Assembly (NCBI GenBank): GCA_041694995.1
Contig: JBGFRS010000056.1
Span: 34,498 to 98,497 of the forward strand
Direction of reading: 5' to 3'
DNA: 64,000 nt
Source of the DNA: Pseudomonadota bacterium
GTDB taxonomy: Bacteria; Pseudomonadota; Alphaproteobacteria; Rhizobiales; UBA4765
The notes under the pieces were generated by a model. The model was not told the origin of the DNA. It made no database searches and worked only from the letters and a program-made list of their open reading frames with translations. Of this stretch, positions 1 to 10,140 are shown one piece after another. The position numbers and the translations under genes were made by a program. Each line of letters opens with the position of its first letter. Positions within the stretch are counted from its first letter, which is position 1.

Positions 1-24
1 CTGCCGAAACGTCTCTGGGCCGAG

Positions 25-795
25 ATGACGACGGTCGAGGTCTCGACATCGGACACGACGTCGTGGATCGCGGTCCTGCCCGTCGCGGCCATCGAGCAGC
101 ACGGACCGCACCTGCCGCTGCTCACCGACACGGCGATCGCCCAAGCCTATATCGATCGTGTGCTCGCGCTGGCGCCGACCGATCTGCCGTTCAGTTTCCT
201 GCCTATCCAGGCGGTCGGCAAATCGAACGAGCACATCGCCTCGCCGGGCACGCTGACGCTCTCCTGGGAGACGTTGACCCGCGTTCTGATCGAGACGGCC
301 GAAAGCGTGGCGCGCGCGGGCGTGCGCAAGCTGGTGCTCGTCAACTCGCACGGCGGCAACGTGCCGATCCTCGACATCGTCGCGCGGGAGATGCGCGTGA
401 ACCATCGCATGCTGTGCGTCGCGACGCACTGGTCGCGGCTCGGCCAGCCGGCCGGTCTCTACAGCGACTGGGAGCTGCGCTACGGCATCCACGGCGGCGA
501 CATCGAGACCTCGATCATGCGCGCGGCGCGGCCCGATCTCGTGCGCATGGAGAATGCCAAGAAGTTCCGCTCGCTGCAGGAGCAGCTCGAGCAACGCCAC
601 GCCCATCTCAGGGCGCACGGGCCGATCGCCTTTGGCTGGCAAGCCCAGGATCTTGGACCCGACGGCACGGTCGGCGATGCGTCTCTCGCGACGGTCGAGA
701 AGGGGCGCGAGACCATCGATCACATTGCCAAAGGCTTCATCGCGCTTCTCGAAGACGTGCGCGCCTTCGACATGAGCCAACTCTACAAGGGGTGA
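25..795 (+). CDS. Creatininase-family amidohydrolase
   Basis: 256 aa ORF with the motifs EQHGPHLPL and NSHGGN typical of the creatinine amidohydrolase family. Followed after 7 nt by the next gene. Confidence 0.8.
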   Translation: MTTVEVSTSDTTSWIAVLPVAAIEQHGPHLPLLTDTAIAQAYIDRVLALAPTDLPFSFLPIQAVGKSNEHIASPGTLTLSWETLTRVLIETAESVARAGVRKLVLVNSHGGNVPILDIVAREMRVNHRMLCVATHWSRLGQPAGLYSDWELRYGIHGGDIETSIMRAARPDLVRMENAKKFRSLQEQLEQRHAHLRAHGPIAFGWQAQDLGPDGTVGDASLATVEKGRETIDHIAKGFIALLEDVRAFDMSQLYKG

Positions 796-802
796 CGCTG
801 CC

Positions 803-2185
803 ATGACCGCGAGGCTCGACCGCTTTCTGGCCGATTTGGGCGATACGCCGGTCGCAACCGATGACGCGACCATCAAGCTCAAGTCCCGCGACTTCTACTG
901 GTTCTCGCCGATCCTGAAGCGCGAGCTCGACGACAAGCGCGCGCATGCGATCGTCAAGCCGCGCTCGCGCGAGGAGCTGAAGCGGGTGGTTGCGACAGCC
1001 GTGCGCCATCGCGTGCCGCTGACGACGCGGGGCGGCGGCACCGGCAATTACGGCCAGTGCATCCCGCTTGATGGCGGAATCGTCCTTGACGCCACCGGGC
1101 TCGACCGCATCGTCGCGGCAAAGCCGGGCCTTCTCACCGTCGAGGCCGGCAAGACCATGCTCGACATCGACAAGGAGCTGAAGCCGAGCGGGTGGGAGCT
1201 GCGCTTCTTCCCGAGCACCCGGGCGACCGCGACCATCGGCGGCTTCGTGTGCGGCGGGGCCGGCGGCGTCGGCTCCTGCACCTGGGGGCAGATCGGCGAT
1301 CCGGGCGCCGTGCAGGCGCTCAAGATCGTCACCATGGAAGAGGAGCCGCGCGAACTTTTGCTCGAGGGCGCGGATGTCATGCAGGTGGTGCATGCCTATG
1401 GCACGAACGGCATCGTCACCGAGGTCTCGGTGCCGACGGCGCCGCGCTTTCCGTGGGCCGAGGCGGTGGCGGTCTTTCCCGATCTGCAGACGGCGGCGAC
1501 CTTCGGCCTGGCGCTCACCGAAGACCAGGTCATCGCCAAGAAGCTCGTCAGCATTCATCCGGCGGAGGTGGCGCCGTACTTCAAGCGCCTCGCACCCCTG
1601 ATTCCGCCCGGGCGCGCCTTCGCCATTCTGATGGTCTCAGAGCCGCAATTGCCGGCGCTGCGGGTGCACGTCGCCGCGCATCAGGGCGAGATCGTCTATA
1701 CCCGCGGCGCGGACGCGGCCGAGGAGGCCGCCTTCACGCACAAGGGGCCGATGCCGCCGCTCTACGAGTACACCTGGAACCACACGACGCTGCACGCGTT
1801 GCGCGCCGACCCCGCGATCACCTACCTCCAGGTGTTGTTCCCGGCTGGCCGCGCGCTCGACCGGCTCGCCTGGGCGGAACCGGCCTTCGCGGGCGAGATC
1901 CTGTGGCACCTCGAGTTCCAGCGCCGCTTCGGGGCTATGACGTGCTCCTCGCTGTGCCTCGTGCGCTATAAGAGCGAGGAACGTTTGTTGCAGATCATCG
2001 AAACCTTGAATTCGAACGGGCTGATGGTGTCGAATCCGCACATCTTCACATTGGAAGGCAAGGGATGGAAGCGGATCAAGGCCGACCAGGAGGGCCTGAA
2101 ACGGCGCACGGACCCGCATTTTCTGCTCAATCCCGGCCGTCTGCCGACCTTGGAGGCTGACATTCGACGCGAAGCGGCCGAGTAG
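803..2185 (+). CDS. FAD-binding oxidoreductase (FAD-linked oxidase family)
   Basis: 460 aa ORF. The N-terminal region has RGGGTGNYGQ, typical of PCMH-type FAD-binding domains. Tightly linked to the upstream gene. Confidence 0.75.
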   Translation: MTARLDRFLADLGDTPVATDDATIKLKSRDFYWFSPILKRELDDKRAHAIVKPRSREELKRVVATAVRHRVPLTTRGGGTGNYGQCIPLDGGIVLDATGLDRIVAAKPGLLTVEAGKTMLDIDKELKPSGWELRFFPSTRATATIGGFVCGGAGGVGSCTWGQIGDPGAVQALKIVTMEEEPRELLLEGADVMQVVHAYGTNGIVTEVSVPTAPRFPWAEAVAVFPDLQTAATFGLALTEDQVIAKKLVSIHPAEVAPYFKRLAPLIPPGRAFAILMVSEPQLPALRVHVAAHQGEIVYTRGADAAEEAAFTHKGPMPPLYEYTWNHTTLHALRADPAITYLQVLFPAGRALDRLAWAEPAFAGEILWHLEFQRRFGAMTCSSLCLVRYKSEERLLQIIETLNSNGLMVSNPHIFTLEGKGWKRIKADQEGLKRRTDPHFLLNPGRLPTLEADIRREAAE

Positions 2186-2188
2186 CCC

Positions 2189-3349
2189 TCACGCGGCCAT
2201 CCGCGTCTCGATCAGTCTCTGCCAATAGGCAACGCCTGCCGGGATCGCCTCGTCGTTGAAGTCGTAGGCCGGGTGATGCAGCGCGGCTGTGTTGCCGATG
2301 CCGACATTGATGAAGGCGCCGGGGACTTTCTCGAGAAAAAAGGCGAAATCCTCCCCGCCCATGACGGGCGCCGCATTCGCGTTAACGTGTCCCGACACTT
2401 GCGCGGCGACGCTTGCCGCGAAGGCCGTGGCGCTCGGCTCGTTGACGAGGACCGGATAGCCCCGGCGGAAGTCGAGCGTCGCGCTCGCGCCGAATCCGGC
2501 GGCGATCGAAGCAGCGAGCGCGCCCATGCGCTGCTCCACCATGTCCTGAATGTGTGCCTTGAACGTGCGCACGGTGCCCGCGAGCTGAGCCGTCTGCGGG
2601 ATGACATTGTCGGTGTCGCCCGCTCGGAAGATCGTGACGGAGAGCACTGCGGATTCGAGCGGGTCAACATTGCGCGCAATGATGCCTTGCAGCGCGGTCA
2701 CGATATGCGCACCGACGAGCAGCGGGTCGACCGATTGTTGCGGCCGCGCAGCGTGCGAGCCTCTGCCTTCGATGGCGATCTCGAAACGGTCGGATGCGGC
2801 CATGGCCGGACCCGTGACGATCTCGAAATGGCCGACCGGCACCCCGGGCCGGTTGTGCATGCCGTAGATCTCCTGCACGCCGAAGCGCTCGAAGAAGCCG
2901 TCCTCCATCATCGCTTTGGCGCCGGCGCCGCCTTCTTCGGCGGGCTGGAACACCAGCACGGCAGTGCCGTCGAAATTGCGCGTCTCGGCGAGAACCTTGG
3001 CCGCGCCGAGCAGCATCGCCGTGTGGCCGTCGTGCCCGCAGGCGTGCATCTTGCCGGGAACGGTCGATTTGTAAGGGCGGTCGACGATCTCCTGGATCGG
3101 CAGCGCATCCATGTCGGCACGCAGGCCGACAACCTTGCCGGAAGCGCGGGCCCGCCCATGGATCACCCCGACCACGCCGGTGCGGCCGAGGCCGGTCACG
3201 ACCTCATCGACGCCGAACTCGCGCAGTTTCTGGGCGACGACGGCCGCGGTGCGATGCTCCTCGTAGCGGGTCTCGGGATGGGCGTGCAGGTCGCGGCGCC
3301 AGGCGGCAATCTCCGGCTGGAGGGCGGCAATGCGGTTGGAGATGGTCAT
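2189..3349 (-). CDS. M20D-family amidohydrolase (hippurate hydrolase / N-acyl-amino-acid amidohydrolase-like)
   Basis: 386 aa ORF with an N-terminus IAAWRRDLHAHPE, metal-binding HACGHDGH and PAEEGGAG motifs. Confidence 0.85.
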   Translation of the reverse strand: MTISNRIAALQPEIAAWRRDLHAHPETRYEEHRTAAVVAQKLREFGVDEVVTGLGRTGVVGVIHGRARASGKVVGLRADMDALPIQEIVDRPYKSTVPGKMHACGHDGHTAMLLGAAKVLAETRNFDGTAVLVFQPAEEGGAGAKAMMEDGFFERFGVQEIYGMHNRPGVPVGHFEIVTGPAMAASDRFEIAIEGRGSHAARPQQSVDPLLVGAHIVTALQGIIARNVDPLESAVLSVTIFRAGDTDNVIPQTAQLAGTVRTFKAHIQDMVEQRMGALAASIAAGFGASATLDFRRGYPVLVNEPSATAFAASVAAQVSGHVNANAAPVMGGEDFAFFLEKVPGAFINVGIGNTAALHHPAYDFNDEAIPAGVAYWQRLIETRMAA

Positions 3350-3552
3350 GGGGAACTCCGGGCGGTACCTTCAACAAATCGTTCCCCGACAGGGACGTCA
3401 ACGCCAGCCCGCTTAATTCCGGGGGCAATCTGTCTCGCTTCCTCCGTGATTGCTCCAAGAACGAAAGTGACAGACCGCATGGCCGGCCCTATTGTTGTCG
3501 TCCAAGGGCGCCCGCCTGGGCGGCGGGAAGGGCCTAAGGAGGCGTTTCGACC

Positions 3553-5166
3553 ATGAAGAAATCCACGTTTCTAACATTAGCGCTGTTGAGTGCTTTCGCG
3601 GTCTCGACGGTCGCTGCCGATGCACGCACCGTGCGCTGGGCCCGTTCGATCGATGCGCAGACGCTTGATCCGCACGCGGCCAATATCGGCCCGACTTCGG
3701 CACTCGCGCATCAGATGTACGAGCCGCTGGTCATCCGTGGCTACGACGGTCAATTGATCCCGACGCTCGCCACCGAGTTCCGCATTCTGCCTGACCGGCC
3801 GACCGTCTGGGAGGTGAAGCTGCGCCAGGGCGTGCGCTTCCACAACGGCAACGCCTTCAACGCCGACGACGTCGTCTTCTCGTTCACGCGCGCTCGTGCC
3901 CCGACCTCGGACTACCGCGGTCTGCTCACGTCGATCACTGACGTGCGCAAGGTCGACGATCACACGGTTCACATCGAAACGCGCGCGCCGAACCCGCTCC
4001 TGTTCCAGAACCTCGCCGACATCTTCATGATGGACAAGGAGTGGACGGAGCAGAACAACGCCACGCAGCCGCAGAACATCCGTGAGCGGCAAGAAAATCA
4101 CGCGACGCGCAATGCGAACGGCACGGGCCCCTATGTGCTCGTCTCGCGTGAACCCGACATCCGCACCGTGATGCGTCGCAATGAAAACTACTGGGGCCGC
4201 AACCAGTATCCGCTCGAGGTCTCCGAGCTAATCATGGTTCCGATCCGCGAGAACGCGACGCGTATCGCGGCGCTGCTCTCCGGCGAGGTCGACGTGGTGC
4301 ACGATGTTCCGGTGCAGGACATCGCACGACTGCAGCAGACGCAGGGCATCCGCGTCAACATCGGGGAAGAAAACCGGGTGATCTTCCTGTCGTTTAACGT
4401 CGGGGCAGAGCCGTTGCGCTCCTCCGACATTCGCGACCGCAACCCATTCGCGAACCGTACGGTCCGGCAGGCGGTGAACATCGCGATCAACCGCGATGCG
4501 ATCACGCGCGTCGTCATGCGCGGCCAAGGCGCGCCGATCGGCTATCTCGGGACGCGCTTCATCAATGGCCACTCAGCCGAGATTGCCGCACCGCCGCGCT
4601 TCGACGTTGCGGCTGCAAACCGCATGCTCGACGAGGCGGGGTTCCCGCGCCGGGCAGCGGAAGGAAATACGCGCTTCTCTGTGAGTTTCCACTGCACCAA
4701 TGACCGCTACGTTTCCGACGAAGCGATCTGCCAGGCAGTGGTTGCCATGCTCGGGCAGATTGGCATCCGCGCGAATCTCGTCGCCCGTCCGGCGGCGCAG
4801 CACTTCCCGGAAATCCAGCGTCTGGAGCTCGACTTCTACCTGCTCGGCTGGGGCATTCCGACCTACGATTCCGAGTACAACTTCAACTTCCTCTATCACA
4901 CCCGCGGGCAGCAGGCCGGCACGTGGAACGGCACCCGCTTTAGCAATCCGGACCTTGATCGCCGAATCATCGCGCTCGCGTCGACACCGGACCAGGCGGC
5001 GCGCAATCGCGAGATCGCTGATCTGTGGCGCATCCTGCGCGAGGAGACGGTGTACGTGCCGCTGCATGTGCAATCGATCAGCCACGCCATGCGCGGCGGC
5101 ATCGATGTGCCGATCCATCCGGGTGCCGGCGCATGGTTCAAGTTCTTCCAGTTCCGCGGTTCGTGA
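3553..5166 (+). CDS. ABC transporter substrate-binding protein, family 5 (peptide/nickel type)
   Basis: 537 aa ORF with an AAGGAGG RBS 10 nt upstream and the signal peptide MKKSTFLTLALLSAFAVSTVAADA. Length and layout fit a DppA/OppA-like protein. Confidence 0.85.
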   Translation: MKKSTFLTLALLSAFAVSTVAADARTVRWARSIDAQTLDPHAANIGPTSALAHQMYEPLVIRGYDGQLIPTLATEFRILPDRPTVWEVKLRQGVRFHNGNAFNADDVVFSFTRARAPTSDYRGLLTSITDVRKVDDHTVHIETRAPNPLLFQNLADIFMMDKEWTEQNNATQPQNIRERQENHATRNANGTGPYVLVSREPDIRTVMRRNENYWGRNQYPLEVSELIMVPIRENATRIAALLSGEVDVVHDVPVQDIARLQQTQGIRVNIGEENRVIFLSFNVGAEPLRSSDIRDRNPFANRTVRQAVNIAINRDAITRVVMRGQGAPIGYLGTRFINGHSAEIAAPPRFDVAAANRMLDEAGFPRRAAEGNTRFSVSFHCTNDRYVSDEAICQAVVAMLGQIGIRANLVARPAAQHFPEIQRLELDFYLLGWGIPTYDSEYNFNFLYHTRGQQAGTWNGTRFSNPDLDRRIIALASTPDQAARNREIADLWRILREETVYVPLHVQSISHAMRGGIDVPIHPGAGAWFKFFQFRGS

Positions 5167-5244
5167 GCCGGTGGTGCTGAACCAACATCGGGGGCGGCGG
5201 GGTGCACCTGCCGCCCTTCTCCGTTCTCGGACCCGCGTGCCTCG

Positions 5245-6282
5245 ATGTTTGCCTATCTGACGAAGAGTCTGCTGCAGGCGCTGCTGGTGATGCTGGCCGT
5301 CGCCTTCATCGGCTTTTCCATGTTCCGCTTCGTCGGAGATCCGGTTGCGAATCTGGTCGGCCAGGAAGCGACGATCCAGGATCGCGAGGAGTTGGCGCAA
5401 CTTCTCGGTCTCAACGATCCGATCCCGCTGCAGTTCTTCCACTTCGTCACGAACGCCGCGCAAGGCGAGTTCGGCGTCTCCTACCGGCAGGGCCGGCGCG
5501 TCTCCGATCTCCTTGCCGAGCGGCTGCCGGCGACGCTCGAACTGGCTCTGCTGTCGGCGCTGTTTGCTTTCGTCGTGGGCATGATCCTCGGCGTCTACGC
5601 AGCCATTCGGCGCGATGGCGTCGTGGCCAACATCGTCATGTCGGTCTCGCTCATCGGCGTCTCTCTGCCGACGTTCCTGATCGGCATCGGCCTCATCTAT
5701 GTCTTTGCCGTCGAATGCCGCAGCTGGTCCACGGCGCTCGCCGCCTGGACGGGTTGGCAAGGGTGGAGCGGGGCGTGCTTGCCCTCCTTCGGGCGCGGCG
5801 AGACGGTCAGGATCGGTTGGTGGACGACCGGCCTCCTGACGGAATCTGGCCTCAAATCGCTGATTATGCCGACGATCACGCTCGGCTTCTTCCAACTTAC
5901 TTTGGTGATGCGCCTGGTGCGCTCCGAGATGCTCGAAGTGATGCGCACCGACTTCGTGAAGTTTGCGCGGGCGCGTGGCTTGCCCGAGCGGGTCGTGCAA
6001 CTCAAGCACGCCTTGCGCAATACGATGATCCCGGTCGTCACCATCGTCGGATTGCAGCTTGGTTCCGTGATCGCCTTCGCGATCGTCACCGAGACGGTTT
6101 TCCAATGGCCGGGGCTCGGCGCCCTCTTCGTGCAATCCGTTCAGTTCGTCGACATTCCCGTGATGTCGGCCTATCTGATGTTCGTCGGCTTCGTCTTCGT
6201 CGTCGTCAACCTGGCGACGGATCTGCTCTATCTCCTGCTCGATCCGCGTTTGCGCACCGCGAAGACGGCGGCAGCGCAGTAA
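5245..6282 (+). CDS. ABC transporter permease (DppB-like)
   Basis: 345 aa multi-TM ORF with the conserved N-terminus ...FRFVGDP..., an EAA-loop region and C-terminal LLYLLLDPRLR. Paralogous to the ORF at 9160. Confidence 0.85.
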   Translation: MFAYLTKSLLQALLVMLAVAFIGFSMFRFVGDPVANLVGQEATIQDREELAQLLGLNDPIPLQFFHFVTNAAQGEFGVSYRQGRRVSDLLAERLPATLELALLSALFAFVVGMILGVYAAIRRDGVVANIVMSVSLIGVSLPTFLIGIGLIYVFAVECRSWSTALAAWTGWQGWSGACLPSFGRGETVRIGWWTTGLLTESGLKSLIMPTITLGFFQLTLVMRLVRSEMLEVMRTDFVKFARARGLPERVVQLKHALRNTMIPVVTIVGLQLGSVIAFAIVTETVFQWPGLGALFVQSVQFVDIPVMSAYLMFVGFVFVVVNLATDLLYLLLDPRLRTAKTAAAQ

Positions 6283-6292
6283 GGACGGACCC

Positions 6293-7249
6293 ATGCTCGC
6301 CCCTTCGCAACCGACCGAGCAACCAAAAGGCTGGTTGGCGCGGACGTGGGACTCGGACGTCGCCTATTCCTTCCGGCATTCCCCCGTCGCCATCGGGGCG
6401 GCCGTGGCGTCGATCATCATGATCGGCGCGGCGCTGCTTGCTCCTTTGCTCGCGCCGCAGAACGCCTTCGATCCAGCACAGCTCAATCTTCTCGATGGCT
6501 ACACACGGCCGGGGGAGACGGGTATGGGGTCAGGGAATTATTTCGTTCTCGGCGCCGACAACCAGGGCCGCGACGTGTTCTCGGCCATTCTTTATGGCAG
6601 TCGCGTCTCGCTTTTCGTCGGCTTTGCGTCTGTTGTCTTCTCGATGGTGCTCGGAGTAGGCCTCGGCCTCGTTGCAGGTTATCTCGGTGGGCGTACGGAT
6701 GCTGTGATCATGCGCATCGCGGACATCCAGCTGTCGTTTCCGGCGATCCTGATCGCACTTCTCGTTTTCGGTATAGCCCGTGGGATCATCCCGCCCGCCT
6801 TGCACGAGCAAATGGCGATCGGTGTGCTGATCGTTGCCATCGGTCTGTCCAACTGGGCACAATATGCGCGCACGGTGCGTGCGTCGACCATGGTGGAGAA
6901 GCGCAAAGAGTATGTCGAAGCAGCCCGCCTATTGGGCATGTCGCCCTTCTCCGTCATGTGGCGCCACGTCCTGCCGAATGTCGCTGGCCCCGTTTTGGTG
7001 ATCGCGACCATCAATCTCGCGCTCGCCATCATCGAAGAGGCGACACTGTCCTATTTGGGCGTCGGTGTGCCCGCGACGCAGCCCTCGCTTGGCACGCTGA
7101 TCCGCTTCGGTCAGCAGTACCTGTTTTCCGGCGAGTGGTGGATTCTGCTCTTCCCGGCTCTCGCGCTGATCCTGCTGGCGCTCGCTGTGAACCTGCTGGG
7201 TGATTGGCTGCGCGACGCGCTCAATCCAAAGCTCCGGCAGAAATCGTGA
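6293..7249 (+). CDS. ABC transporter permease (DppC-like)
   Basis: 318 aa ORF with GTDNQGRDVFS-like and LLGDWLRDALNP motifs typical of DppC/OppC permeases. Confidence 0.85.
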   Translation: MLAPSQPTEQPKGWLARTWDSDVAYSFRHSPVAIGAAVASIIMIGAALLAPLLAPQNAFDPAQLNLLDGYTRPGETGMGSGNYFVLGADNQGRDVFSAILYGSRVSLFVGFASVVFSMVLGVGLGLVAGYLGGRTDAVIMRIADIQLSFPAILIALLVFGIARGIIPPALHEQMAIGVLIVAIGLSNWAQYARTVRASTMVEKRKEYVEAARLLGMSPFSVMWRHVLPNVAGPVLVIATINLALAIIEEATLSYLGVGVPATQPSLGTLIRFGQQYLFSGEWWILLFPALALILLALAVNLLGDWLRDALNPKLRQKS

Positions 7250-7397
7250 GGTTTCAGGCACTAAGGGTTCTTGCGGAAGGCGCGATGCCGTCGCAGGATA
7301 AGGGTTCGGCTCCCAACATGGGGCAAGAACGATCTGAGATCATTTGCTGCGGGGCACCGATCCATCGGCCGCCTCGGCTCGACCAAGGAGGAATAGA

Positions 7398-9092
7398 ATG
7401 TTGCGACGCTTGAAGGGGATCGCGGTCGCGGTCGCGGTGGCGCTCGCGGGGGCCGCTAGCCTCGCCGCGCTGAGTGGAAGCCCGGCCCATGCGCAGAACA
7501 CGTTCCGCATGGGTTTCCAAGGCAACTTGAATACGCTTGATCCTTACACGATCAACGAGACCTTCACGCTGGCCATGCTGGGCAACGTGTATGAAGGCCT
7601 CACGGCGCGGGGCCCGAACCTTCAGATCATCCCTGGCCTCGCCGAGCGCTGGGAGATTCAAGAAGGGGCGCGGCTGTGGCGTTTCCATTTGCGCCGCGGC
7701 GTCAAGTTCCAAGGCGGTGAGGACTTCACGGCCGATGACGTGATCTTCTCCGCGCAACGCATTCGCGGCGATACCTCGGATCTGCGTGTGCGCATTCCGA
7801 ATGGGGCTGAGTTCATCAAGGTTGATAATTTCACCGTCGACGTACGGCTGCCGACTCCGAATCCGATCCTCATCGCGGACTGGGACACGTTCTACATCAT
7901 GTCGAGGACGTGGGCGGAGCGGAACAACGCGACGCAGGCCGTGTCCTCGCGCGCGACGGAGCCGGGATTCTCGACGCTCAATGCCAATGGCACGGGCGCC
8001 TTCCGTGTCACAGCGCACCAGCCAGGCGTGCGTACCGAACTGACGCGTAATCCGAACTGGTGGAACGACGCCAACCGTCGCCACAATCTCGATCGCGTCA
8101 TCTTCACGCCGATTCTCAACGATGCAACACGGGTCGCAGCGCTTCTCTCGGGGGAGGTCGACTGGGTCGATCCGGTGCCGGTTCAAGACATGGATCGGGT
8201 CAACGCCAACGCGACGACGCGTGTGATGGCGGGCCCGGAGACCCGGACGATCTATCTCGGCTTCGACCAGCGCCGCGACCAGCTGCTCGCGCCAGCGGAA
8301 ATCCCGCCGGCTCCTGCAGGTGCTGCGCAGCGCCGCGGTACCAACCCGTTCAAGGATGTGCGGGTCCGCCGCGCCTTCTATCAGGCGATCGACGTCAATC
8401 TCATCGTGCAGCGGGTCATGCGTGGGCAGGCGCGCGCATCTGCATTGATGATCGATCCGAACCTGTTCCCGCGGCACGCGGCCGAGTTCCAGCGCTTGGC
8501 CTTTGACACTGCCGCCGCAGAGCGGCTTTTGGACGAGGCCGGCTATCCGCGCGTGCAAGGCTTCCGGGGCGGCAACAACCGCTTCTCGGTTGGCATGGAT
8601 TGCCCGAACGATCGCTACGTGAACGACGCTGCGATTTGCCAGGCGGTCATCGCCATGCTCGCGCGCGTCGGCATTCACATCACACCGATCATTCAGCCGC
8701 GCGCGCAGTACTTCGGCAAGATCCTGGCCGGCGGTGGTTACAATACGAACTTCTATCTGCTTGGCTGGACACCCGGCACCAACGATTCGCACAACGTGCT
8801 CATCCAATTGCACGGCTGCCGCGATGATCGTGGCACGGGCGGTGTCGGCGTTGCGAATGTCGGCGGCTACTGCAACGAACGCGTCCGCGATCTGACCAAT
8901 CAGATCTTGGTCGAGGCTGACCCGGTCAAGCGTGACGGTCTTATCCGTGATGCGTTCCGCATCACCGTCAATGAGGATGTGGCCTATATCCCGCTACACC
9001 AGCAGGCGCTCGCATGGGGCGTGAACCGTCGCGTTGAGATGGCACAGCGTCCCGACAACGTGTTCATGCTGTATCACGTGATGATGCGTTGA
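7398..9092 (+). CDS. ABC transporter substrate-binding protein, family 5 (second copy)
   Basis: The ATG at 7398 is preceded by GGAGGAATAGA. Signal peptide MLRRLKGIAVAVAVALAGAASLAALSGSPAHA. Paralogous in layout to the protein at 3553. Confidence 0.8.
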   Translation: MLRRLKGIAVAVAVALAGAASLAALSGSPAHAQNTFRMGFQGNLNTLDPYTINETFTLAMLGNVYEGLTARGPNLQIIPGLAERWEIQEGARLWRFHLRRGVKFQGGEDFTADDVIFSAQRIRGDTSDLRVRIPNGAEFIKVDNFTVDVRLPTPNPILIADWDTFYIMSRTWAERNNATQAVSSRATEPGFSTLNANGTGAFRVTAHQPGVRTELTRNPNWWNDANRRHNLDRVIFTPILNDATRVAALLSGEVDWVDPVPVQDMDRVNANATTRVMAGPETRTIYLGFDQRRDQLLAPAEIPPAPAGAAQRRGTNPFKDVRVRRAFYQAIDVNLIVQRVMRGQARASALMIDPNLFPRHAAEFQRLAFDTAAAERLLDEAGYPRVQGFRGGNNRFSVGMDCPNDRYVNDAAICQAVIAMLARVGIHITPIIQPRAQYFGKILAGGGYNTNFYLLGWTPGTNDSHNVLIQLHGCRDDRGTGGVGVANVGGYCNERVRDLTNQILVEADPVKRDGLIRDAFRITVNEDVAYIPLHQQALAWGVNRRVEMAQRPDNVFMLYHVMMR

Positions 9093-9159
9093 TGTGGTTC
9101 CGACAGGGGGCGGGCTTCGGTCCGCCCCCTGGCCGTCTGAGCCCCCGGATCGCTGATCT

Positions 9160-10140
9160 ATGCTCGCATTCGTTCTCCGTCGTTTGGTGCAATCGCTCTA
9201 CGTGATGCTCGCCGTTGGCGTCCTCGCATTCGCGTTGTTCCGATTCGTGGGCGACCCGGTCAATCAAATGGTTGGTCAAGACACGTCGGTCGAGGATCGC
9301 GACCGACTGCGCCAGGAACTCGGCCTCAACGATCCGGTGCCTTTGCAGTTCCTGAACTACCTTTGGCGTGCGGCGCGGTTCGACTTCGGAATCTCGTATC
9401 AGTTCAAGCAGCCTGTGATGCAGCTTATCGCCGAGCGATTTCCGGCGACGATGGAACTCGCGGTGGTGGCGATGATCCTCGCGCTCGTCATCGGCATCCC
9501 CATGGGAGTGTATACCGGGCTCTATCGGGAATCGTGGGTGTCGAAGGCGTTCCTGGCCACGTCCCTCGTCGGCATTTCCTTGCCGACCTTTTTCATCGGC
9601 ATCTTGCTGATCTTCGTCTTTGCCGTTCAGCTGAATGTGTTGCCGTCCTTCGGCCGCGGGCAAGTGGTCGATTTGGGCTTCTGGAACACTGGGCTCCTAA
9701 CCCGATCGGGATGGCTTGCGATCATCATGCCCGCGATCACGCTCGGCCTGTTTCAGATGACGCTGATCATGCGCCTCGTTCGGGCGGAGATGCTCGAGAT
9801 CATGCGCATGGACTTCATCAAGTTCGCGCGCGCTCGTGGGTTGAAGAGCCGCGTGATTTATTTCGGCCATGCACTGAAGAACACGCTTGTCCCCGTCATC
9901 ACGATCACGGGCCTTCAGTTCGGTTCCATCATCGCGTTCGCCATTGTGACCGAGACAGTGTTCCAGTGGCCAGGAATGGGGTTGTTGTTCTTGCGCGCTG
10001 TGCAGACGGTCGACATTCCGATCATGGCGGCCTACTTGATGTTGATCGGCTTGATGTTCGTGATCGTCAATATGATTGTGGACCTCCTTTATTTCGCGGT
10101 TGATCCTCGCATCAGGGTTGCAGCGAAGGCAGCGCATTGA
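9160..10140 (+). CDS. ABC transporter permease (DppB-like, second copy)
   Basis: 326 aa ORF, clearly alignable by eye to the 5245 product (FRFVGDP, GLNDP.PLQF, PSFGRG, FIKFARARGL). Confidence 0.85.
   Translation: MLAFVLRRLVQSLYVMLAVGVLAFALFRFVGDPVNQMVGQDTSVEDRDRLRQELGLNDPVPLQFLNYLWRAARFDFGISYQFKQPVMQLIAERFPATMELAVVAMILALVIGIPMGVYTGLYRESWVSKAFLATSLVGISLPTFFIGILLIFVFAVQLNVLPSFGRGQVVDLGFWNTGLLTRSGWLAIIMPAITLGLFQMTLIMRLVRAEMLEIMRMDFIKFARARGLKSRVIYFGHALKNTLVPVITITGLQFGSIIAFAIVTETVFQWPGMGLLFLRAVQTVDIPIMAAYLMLIGLMFVIVNMIVDLLYFAVDPRIRVAAKAAH

Noticed and set aside
4573-6294. 573-aa ORF antisense to the SBP and permease genes. Similar long antisense or out-of-frame ORFs occur elsewhere, for example 737-1558, 7254-8813, 46489-48522 and 50192-51616.
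   Set aside because: The translations are Arg/Ala/Gly/Asp-rich low-complexity strings with no motifs. They lie fully opposite genes that have strong family signatures. This is the typical stop-codon-poor artefact of high-GC DNA.
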